From a virus (taxonomy: Duplodnaviria > Heunggongvirae > Uroviricota > Caudoviricetes), in IMG/VR virus record IMGVR_UViG_2619619125_000002: 13,796 nucleotides of DNA, one strand, 5' to 3'. The notes below the pieces were generated by a model. That model had not been told where the DNA came from, searched no databases, and worked only from the letters and a program-made list of their open reading frames with translations. Below, piece by piece: positions 8,024 through 13,796 of this stretch (within the stretch, counting starts at the first letter, position 1; each line of letters starts with the position of its first letter). The translations under genes were made by a program, and so were the position numbers.

Positions 8024-8110
8024 ATGGAAAATAACAAGTTCGCACATCTCGCTCCTTTTTTATCCGTAATCCTTTTCGCTTGTTGTTTTATATGGGCATT
8101 ATTTTTATAA
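8024..8110 (+). CDS. Small hydrophobic ORF, 28 aa (MENNKFAHLAPFLSVILFACCFIWALFL), candidate small membrane protein
   Basis: ATG at 8024 preceded by the strong SD AAGGTGG with a 6-nt spacer; single predicted TM helix; lies in AT-rich DNA with no other ORF. Confidence 0.3.
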   Translation: MENNKFAHLAPFLSVILFACCFIWALFL

Positions 8111-8204
8111 AGTAGCCACATGATAAGTTGCTGGAATCATATTTCCCACTCAAGTCATTAACATTTGATAAGATATATCTAAAAGGACGCCTTTACATTA
8201 TTTA

Positions 8205-8231
8205 TGTGTATATAATTTATTTATATACACA
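8205..8231. repeat. Perfect 10-bp inverted repeat tgtgtatata (7-nt spacer) tatatacaca, candidate protein-binding site
   Basis: Read directly from the sequence; the left arm/spacer junction contains TATAAT (8211-8216). Confidence 0.3.
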
Positions 8232-8556
8232 GTAAAGGTATCCTGGGAAAATATTTATCGTTAAAAAATACATCATAAATAATTAAGCTGAAATTTCAGA
8301 ACACAACTAATACACACAATAAGGTTCAGTAACAATAATCTATGTGGACTACATCGAGATTTTTTGATTAAACTTTAATAACTTATTCCTAACACACAGA
8401 ATGCATAAACTAAAAGTAAAACAAATAGTTATACGAAAAACAACCATATTTATTATATCTTCTCCTCTAATCAACATATCAATTATGTGTTTCATAACAG
8501 CTTGACATAACCCTCAAAAACACGCATTTATAATGCATGTTTTTGATGAGGTGGTT

Positions 8557-8895
8557 ATGACACACAAGAGAATTCCTAAAGATTGGGTAATCAAACGCTC
8601 AACTCCGTTCTTCACAAAAGAGAACGTACCTTCAGCGTTATTAACACATCATAATACAGCAGCAGGTGTTTTTGGGCAGTTGTGCGTAATGGAAGGCACT
8701 GTAACATATTATGGTTTTACTGATGAGAATGCTACTGAACCGGAGATAAAAGTAGTCATTAATGCTGGCGCTTTTGCAACAAGCCCACCACAATACTGGC
8801 ACCGTGTTGAACTAAGCGATGATGCTCAGTTTAATATTAACTTTTGGGTCGCTCCAGACTTCTCGGGCGAAAAAGTCTATAGCACCAAAAAATAG
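8557..8895 (+). CDS. DUF1971-family protein (YeaR / TehB-N-terminal-domain-like), 112 aa
   Basis: Translation MTHKRIPKDWVIKRSTPFFTKE...VMEGTVTYYGFTDENATEPE...AGAFATSPPQYWH...FNINFWVAPD parallels E. coli YeaR as remembered (RSTPFW...VMHGAVKYLGYADEHSAEPD...AGQFAVFPPEKWH...FNIDFFVAPE); SD GAGGTGG before the ATG at 8557; own terminator downstream. Confidence 0.7.
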   Translation: MTHKRIPKDWVIKRSTPFFTKENVPSALLTHHNTAAGVFGQLCVMEGTVTYYGFTDENATEPEIKVVINAGAFATSPPQYWHRVELSDDAQFNINFWVAPDFSGEKVYSTKK

Positions 8896-8924
8896 ATGAT
8901 CATATTAAAAATGCTTTAACAGTC

Positions 8925-8961
8925 AGACCCGGCAGGGCTATCCCCGACGGGTCTCATTTTT
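8925..8961 (+). terminator. Rho-independent terminator downstream of the DUF1971 gene
   Basis: Long interrupted hairpin (agacccggcaggg ... ccccgacgggtct) followed by cattttt. Confidence 0.6.
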
Positions 8962-9618
8962 GTAAATATATTGGTTCTACATTGACAGGAGACTTCAACC
9001 ATAAGAAGTAATCTGAATACTTGAGCAATAAATTTACTTAAGATTAATGAGCGCACCTTGCCGGACAAAGATAAACCAAGGTAACACCTTTTTTCTAGCC
9101 AGTATGTAATCAATCAGAAAGCCGCTCCATAAGAACAACAGCAAGACAATAAATTGCCATTACAGCCGCAATAGCTAGCGCACATTTGAGAACCAGCACG
9201 ACAACCTCCTGTATTGGACGTACACCAGTTCTGATAAATATGAGGCTGTCTCATCATTGATTCAATATAACTATTGGGTATAGTTTCTGTGATTTTGTTC
9301 TGTAGAAATGGAACACAACAACCAGTCACCACCAGCACTTCTTTAAATACGCCAAGTCCGACGCAAGCTAACCTTCTAGTCCGCTTTGAGCGAGGAGCGG
9401 ACCAAACCCGGCCAACTGACTCTTAAAGGGGCCGCAGGAATTTTTCGTCTGAACTTTCGAAGCTCCTCTCCCTGAAGACAGAAAACTTCTGTGTGCTGTG
9501 GGAATATTGAATCTTTGCCTTAGATATAAATAATTTTATCCCGCCTGAAGTTTACATTATTTTATTTATCTGTTTTTCTAAATCAGACTGCACTCCTTAC
9601 TTAAATCAGGAGCCAGTC

Positions 9619-11010
9619 ATGCCATTTGTTATTTATGTGTTTACTATCAGTGCCTTTGCGCTCGGACTCGCGGAATTTGTCCCCATTGGGCTGACAGACG
9701 TTATGGCTCAGGGGTTGTGTGTGGGTGTGGAGCAGACCGGGGCAGCGGTTACAACCTATGCACTGGGGGCAACGTTCGCGGCACCCGTACTGTCTGCGCT
9801 GACAGCAAGCTGGAGCCGGAAAAATGTAATGCTTACAACTGCCGTTGTGTTTACTGCCGGTAGTCTGGCGGCCGCGTTTGCAGCCACATTACCTCAGCTC
9901 CTGTTAGCGCGGTTCATTGCTGGTCTGGGACACGGCCTGTTTCTGGCTGCGGCATCCAGTACCGCAGCTCGTCTTGCTGGACCGGGTAACTGCCCTGACT
10001 GTGGTGCGGTGATGGGCGACGCAACATACCAGGAAACATTCGATGAAGAGAGTCAGGTTGAAGCTAAGGAAAATGATCCGGAGGAAATGGAAGGCGCTGA
10101 ACATCCGCACAATGAGAATGCTGGCAGCGATCCGCATCGCGATTGCAGTGATGAAACTGGCGAAGTCGCAGATCCCGTAATCGTAGAAGACATAGAGCCA
10201 GGTATTTATTACGGAATTTCGAATGAGAATTACCACGCGGGTCCCGGTATCAGTAAGTCTCAGCTCGATGACATTGCTGATACTCCGGCACTATATTTGT
10301 GGCGTAAAAATGCCCCCGTGGACACCACAAAGACAAAAACGCTCGATTTAGGAACTGCTTTCCACTGCCGGGTACTTGAACCGGAAGAATTCAGTAACCG
10401 CTTTATCGTAGCACCTGAATTTAACCGCCGTACAAACGCCGGAAAAGAAGAAGAGAAAGCGTTTCTGATGGAATGCGCAAGCACAGGAAAAACGGTTATC
10501 ACTGCGGAAGAAGGCCGGAAAATTGAACTCATGTATCAAAGCGTTATGGCTTTGCCGCTGGGGCAATGGCTTGTTGAAAGCGCCGGACACGCTGAATCAT
10601 CAATTTACTGGGAAGATCCTGAAACAGGAATTTTGTGTCGGTGCCGTCCGGACAAAATTATCCCTGAATTTCACTGGATCATGGACGTGAAAACTACGGC
10701 GGATATTCAACGATTCAAAACCGCTTATTACGACTACCGCTATCACGTTCAGGATGCGTTCTACAGTGACGGTTATGAAGCACAGTTTGGAGTGCAGCCA
10801 ACTTTCGTTTTTCTGGTTGCCAGCACAACTATTGAATGCGGACGTTATCCGGTTGAAATTTTCATGATGGGCGAAGAAGCAAAACTGGCAGGTCAACAGG
10901 AATATCACCGCAATCTGCGAACCCTGTCTGACTGCCTGAATACCGATGAATGGCCAGCTATTAAGACATTATCACTGCCCCGCTGGGCTAAGGAATATGC
11001 AAATGACTAA
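9619..11010 (+). CDS. recE: Truncated exonuclease VIII (RecE C-terminal catalytic domain) fused in-frame to a foreign N-terminal segment of about 120 aa resembling the first TM helices of an MFS transporter
   Basis: C-terminal ~300 aa (...[17 protein letters not shown]... ending [11 protein letters not shown]) is the RecE nuclease domain with a PD-(D/E)xK-like D-x-K motif and overlaps the recT start by 8 nt; N-terminal 1 to ~120 ([25 protein letters not shown]...[18 protein letters not shown]) is hydrophobic and MFS-like; real ATG with AGGAG SD at 9608-9612. Confidence 0.8.
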   Translation: MPFVIYVFTISAFALGLAEFVPIGLTDVMAQGLCVGVEQTGAAVTTYALGATFAAPVLSALTASWSRKNVMLTTAVVFTAGSLAAAFAATLPQLLLARFIAGLGHGLFLAAASSTAARLAGPGNCPDCGAVMGDATYQETFDEESQVEAKENDPEEMEGAEHPHNENAGSDPHRDCSDETGEVADPVIVEDIEPGIYYGISNENYHAGPGISKSQLDDIADTPALYLWRKNAPVDTTKTKTLDLGTAFHCRVLEPEEFSNRFIVAPEFNRRTNAGKEEEKAFLMECASTGKTVITAEEGRKIELMYQSVMALPLGQWLVESAGHAESSIYWEDPETGILCRCRPDKIIPEFHWIMDVKTTADIQRFKTAYYDYRYHVQDAFYSDGYEAQFGVQPTFVFLVASTTIECGRYPVEIFMMGEEAKLAGQQEYHRNLRTLSDCLNTDEWPAIKTLSLPRWAKEYAND

Positions 11011-11812
11011 GCAACCACCAATCGCAAAAGCCGATCTGCAAAAAACTCAGGGAAACCGTGCACCAGCAGCAGTTAAAAATAGCGACGTGATTAGTTTTAT
11101 TAACCAGCCATCAATGAAAGAGCAACTGGCAGCAGCTCTTCCACGCCATATGACGGCTGAACGTATGATCCGTATCGCCACCACAGAAATTCGTAAAGTT
11201 CCGGCGTTAGGAAACTGTGACACTATGAGTTTTGTCAGTGCGATCGTACAGTGTTCACAGCTCGGACTTGAGCCAGGTAGCGCCCTCGGTCATGCATATT
11301 TACTGCCTTTTGGTAATAAAAACGAAAAGAGCGGTAAAAAGAACGTTCAGCTAATCATTGGCTATCGCGGCATGATTGATCTGGCTCGCCGTTCTGGTCA
11401 AATCGCCAGCCTGTCAGCCCGTGTTGTCCGTGAAGGTGACGAGTTTAGCTTCGAATTTGGCCTTGATGAAAAGTTAATACACCGCCCGGGAGAAAACGAA
11501 GATGCCCCGGTTACCCACGTCTATGCTGTCGCAAGACTGAAAGACGGAGGTACTCAGTTTGAAGTTATGACGCGCAAACAGATTGAGCTGGTGCGCAGCC
11601 TGAGTAAAGCTGGTAATAACGGGCCGTGGGTAACTCACTGGGAAGAAATGGCAAAGAAAACGGCTATTCGTCGCCTGTTCAAATATCTGCCCGTATCAAT
11701 TGAGATCCAGCGTGCAGTATCAATGGATGAAAAGGAACCACTGACAATCGATCCTGCAGATTCCTCTGTATTAACCGGGGAATACAGTGTAATCGATAAT
11801 TCAGAGGAATAA
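11003..11812 (+). CDS. recT: Recombinase RecT (single-strand annealing protein), 269 aa
   Basis: Translation from [35 protein letters not shown]... matches remembered RecT end-to-end; ATG at 11003 overlaps the recE 3' end. Confidence 0.95.
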   Translation: MTKQPPIAKADLQKTQGNRAPAAVKNSDVISFINQPSMKEQLAAALPRHMTAERMIRIATTEIRKVPALGNCDTMSFVSAIVQCSQLGLEPGSALGHAYLLPFGNKNEKSGKKNVQLIIGYRGMIDLARRSGQIASLSARVVREGDEFSFEFGLDEKLIHRPGENEDAPVTHVYAVARLKDGGTQFEVMTRKQIELVRSLSKAGNNGPWVTHWEEMAKKTAIRRLFKYLPVSIEIQRAVSMDEKEPLTIDPADSSVLTGEYSVIDNSEE

Positions 11813-11820
11813 TTCAGCCT

Positions 11821-11839
11821 GGCGGTGTAATGCACCGCC
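11821..11839. other. Hairpin ggcggtg(taatg)caccgcc between recT and ralR
   Basis: 7-bp perfect stem; no immediate U-run on either strand; possibly an RNA structural or processing element. Confidence 0.25.
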
Positions 11840-11868
11840 AACTTGAAATATTTTTTATGAGAAAAATT

Positions 11869-12063
11869 ATGAGATATGACAATGTTAAACCATGTCCATT
11901 TTGTGGTTGTCCATCAGTAACGGTGAAAGCCATTTCAGGATATTACCGAGCGAAGTGTAACGGATGCGAATCCCGAACCGGTTATGGTGGAAGTGAAAAA
12001 GAAGCACTCGAAAGATGGAATAAACGAACCACTGGAAATAATAATGGAGGTGTTCATGTATAA
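11869..12063 (+). CDS. ralR: RalR, Rac prophage restriction-alleviation protein / type I toxin (DNase), 64 aa
   Basis: Translation MRYDNVKPCPFCGCPSVTVKAISGYYRAKCNGCESRTGYGGSEKEALERWNKRTTGNNNGGVHV matches remembered RalR; stop overlaps the ydaC start. Confidence 0.9.
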   Translation: MRYDNVKPCPFCGCPSVTVKAISGYYRAKCNGCESRTGYGGSEKEALERWNKRTTGNNNGGVHV

Positions 12064-12265
12064 AATTACCGCCACTATTGAAAAGGAAGGTGGCACTCCT
12101 ACTAACTGGACAAGATATTCAAAATCTAAACTAACGAAATCAGAATGCGAAAAAATGCTCTCAGGTAAAAAAGAAGCAGGCGTTTCCAGAGAGCAGAAAG
12201 TAAAACTGATAAATTTTAATTGCGAGAAACTTCAGTCCTCGAGAATTGCATTGTATTCAAATTAA
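12056..12265 (+). CDS. ydaC: YdaC, Rac prophage small protein, 69 aa
   Basis: Translation MYKITATIEKEGGTPTNWTRYSKSKLTKSECEKMLSGKKEAGVSREQKVKLINFNCEKLQSSRIALYSN; SD GGAGG upstream of the ATG at 12056. Confidence 0.85.
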   Translation: MYKITATIEKEGGTPTNWTRYSKSKLTKSECEKMLSGKKEAGVSREQKVKLINFNCEKLQSSRIALYSN

Positions 12266-12343
12266 AACTTCATAGCTGATTATTAATAATCAACATCGGG
12301 CGTCAATTTCAGTCTAACATTGGCGCCTGCCAGAGGTGATGCG

Positions 12344-12559
12344 ATGGCACAAGTAATCTTTAATGAAGAGTGGATGGTTGAATACGGCCTGATGCTTCGC
12401 ACTGGTCTGGGGGCCAGACAAATTGAAGCATACCGCCAGAACTGTTGGGTGGAGGGCTTCCACTTCAAACGAGTATCTCCTTTAGGTAAGCCAGACAGCA
12501 AACGAGGGATTATCTGGTACAACTATCCAAAGATAAATCAGTTTATCAAAGACTCATGA
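12344..12559 (+). CDS. ydaQ: YdaQ / XisR, putative excisionase, 71 aa
   Basis: Translation [71 protein letters not shown]; SD GAGGTG; lies immediately upstream of int, as expected for xis. Confidence 0.85.
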   Translation: MAQVIFNEEWMVEYGLMLRTGLGARQIEAYRQNCWVEGFHFKRVSPLGKPDSKRGIIWYNYPKINQFIKDS

Positions 12560-12560
12560 T

Positions 12561-13796
12561 ATGTCTAAATTACCAACAGGTGTCGAGATTAGAGGTAGAT
12601 ACATTCGCATCTGGTTCATGTTTCGAGGAAAACGATGTCGGGAAACATTAAAAGGCTGGGAGATTACAAACAGTAATATTAAAAAGGCCGGAAATTTAAG
12701 AGCGCTGATAGTTCATGAAATAAACTCCGGTGAATTTGAGTATTTAAGACGTTTTCCCCAGTCCAGCACTGGGGCAAAAATGGTGACAACGAGAGTCATA
12801 AAAACGTTCGGAGAGCTTTGTGATATCTGGACAAAAATTAAAGAGACAGAGTTAACAACAAACACAATGAAGAAAACGAAATCACAATTAAAAACACTCA
12901 GAATAATAATTTGTGAAAGTACCCCGATATCACATATTCGTTATAGCGATATCTTAAACTACCGGAATGAACTGCTGCATGGAGAAACGCTTTACCTGGA
13001 TAATCCAAGATCCAACAAAAAAGGAAGAACCGTGCGCACAGTTGATAACTATATCGCCCTGCTCTGTTCGCTGTTGCGTTTTGCGTATCAGTCGGGATTT
13101 ATATCAACCAAACCATTTGAAGGAGTAAAAAAATTACAGCGAAACAGAATAAAGCCTGATCCGTTATCTAAAACAGAATTCAATGCATTAATGGAAAGTG
13201 AAAAAGGACAGAGCCAGAACTTGTGGAAATTTGCCGTTTACTCAGGACTTCGTCACGGGGAACTGGCAGCTCTGGCGTGGGAGGATGTGGATCTCGAAAA
13301 GGGAATAGTGAATGTCAGAAGAAACCTGACGATACTTGATATGTTCGGTCCCCCAAAAACAAATGCCGGGATCCGAACAGTAACACTACTGCAGCCTGCT
13401 CTTGAAGCACTGAAGGAGCAATACAAACTGACCGGGCATCATCGCAAAAGCGAAATCACCTTTTATCATCGGGAGTACGGCAGAACCGAAAAGCAAAAAC
13501 TGCATTTTGTTTTCATGCCCAGGGTGTGTAACGGAAAACAAAAACCTTATTACTCGGTAAGCAGTTTGGGGGCAAGGTGGAATGCAGCAGTAAAACGTGC
13601 TGGTATTCGCCGCCGTAATCCGTACCATACGCGGCATACTTTTGCCTGCTGGCTGTTGACGGCAGGAGCGAACCCGGCATTTATAGCCAGCCAAATGGGG
13701 CATGAAACTGCGCAGATGGTGTATGAAATTTACGGTATGTGGATTGATGACATGAACGACGAACAGATAGCCATGTTGAATGCGCGGTTATCGTAG
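12561..13796 (+). CDS. intR: Tyrosine integrase IntR (Rac prophage integrase), 411 aa
   Basis: Translation MSKLPTGVEIRGRYIRIWFMFRGKRC... with the C-terminal catalytic region (HTRHTFACWLLTAGANPAFIASQMGHE...) typical of tyrosine recombinases; ends with TAG at the window edge. Confidence 0.95.
   Translation: MSKLPTGVEIRGRYIRIWFMFRGKRCRETLKGWEITNSNIKKAGNLRALIVHEINSGEFEYLRRFPQSSTGAKMVTTRVIKTFGELCDIWTKIKETELTTNTMKKTKSQLKTLRIIICESTPISHIRYSDILNYRNELLHGETLYLDNPRSNKKGRTVRTVDNYIALLCSLLRFAYQSGFISTKPFEGVKKLQRNRIKPDPLSKTEFNALMESEKGQSQNLWKFAVYSGLRHGELAALAWEDVDLEKGIVNVRRNLTILDMFGPPKTNAGIRTVTLLQPALEALKEQYKLTGHHRKSEITFYHREYGRTEKQKLHFVFMPRVCNGKQKPYYSVSSLGARWNAAVKRAGIRRRNPYHTRHTFACWLLTAGANPAFIASQMGHETAQMVYEIYGMWIDDMNDEQIAMLNARLS

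Larger units (their letters stand above)
1..13796. mobile_element. Defective Rac-like lambdoid prophage (int/xis, recET, Q-lysis module, trkG, tfa) lacking immunity, replication and morphogenesis genes
   Basis: Gene content and order (intR, ydaQ, ydaC, ralR, recT, recE ... trkG ... tfa) matches the Rac prophage as I remember it; late genes S-R-Rz-Rz1 and a Q-like gene present; no repressor, replication, terminase, head or tail genes in the ORF track. Confidence 0.85.

Noticed and set aside
8502-8534. Canonical sigma70 promoter call from perfect TTGACA and TATAAT hexamers upstream of the DUF1971 gene
   Set aside because: The hexamers are 21 bp apart, outside the 16-18 bp window; TATAAT may still act with a weak alternative -35, so it is mentioned in the findings but not listed as a confident promoter feature.
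8916-9113. 65-aa - strand ORF
   Set aside because: TTG start immediately after a stop codon, no RBS, overlaps the DUF1971 terminator region; looks like an ORF-finder artefact.
9114-9338. Cysteine-rich 74-aa ORF on the - strand (10 Cys), superficially like a Cys-rich peptide or bacteriocin
   Set aside because: Starts at GTG with no SD, lies antisense in a low-complexity a/c/g-rich stretch where the Cys codons are a by-product of GCA/ACA repeats on the opposite strand, and is followed in-frame after a stop by another weak ORF (8916-9113, TTG start); most likely non-coding.
9619-9990. Treating the MFS-like N-terminus as a separate intact transporter gene
   Set aside because: The frame runs uninterrupted into the RecE nuclease domain with no stop, and only about four TM helices are present, so it is a gene fragment fused to recE, not a functional transporter.
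9904-10908. ORFs 9904-10236(-), 10260-10532(-), 10348-10590(-), 10600-10908(-)
   Set aside because: Antisense to the recE nuclease-domain coding region; no start signals.
11635-11841. 68-aa - strand ORF overlapping the recT 3' end
   Set aside because: Antisense to recT, no RBS. Considered as a RalA-like antisense RNA location but there is no supporting promoter or terminator.
12283-12522. 79-aa - strand ORF antisense to ydaQ
   Set aside because: Antisense to a well-supported excisionase gene; spurious.
13386-13703. 105-aa - strand ORF inside intR
   Set aside because: Antisense to the integrase catalytic domain; spurious.
1-13796. CRISPR arrays, tRNA/rRNA genes, IS elements, att core
   Set aside because: No regularly spaced direct repeats, no tRNA-like cloverleaf candidates noticed, no transposase ORF or terminal inverted repeats; the window ends at the int stop so the att site lies outside it.

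Overview
The window reads as a defective Rac-like lambdoid prophage of an Escherichia coli-type genome, reverse-oriented relative to the usual K-12 convention. All calls rest on reading the supplied ORF translations and the DNA by eye, with family assignments from remembered sequences; no search was run. Right arm (+ strand): a truncated recE fused to a foreign N-terminus, then recT, ralR, ydaC, ydaQ (xis) and intR, which ends at the window edge. Left arm (- strand): a DUF1367 / YbcO-like / Q antiterminator operon, a terminator-rich late leader, two paralogous lipoproteins with a TolA C-terminal domain in the moron slot, a phage-21-type lysis cassette (pinholin S, SAR endolysin R, Rz/Rz1), trkG, a ParB-like nuclease gene and a tail fiber assembly gene. 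The immunity, kil/sieB, replication and morphogenesis modules are absent. In their place is about 1.9 kb of AT-rich DNA carrying a DUF1971 (YeaR-like) gene, a 28-codon hydrophobic ORF, and the start of an MFS-type transporter gene fused in-frame to the RecE nuclease domain. The most interesting candidates are the TolA-domain lipoprotein pair and the MFS-RecE fusion, which resembles an sbcA-type activation of RecET.
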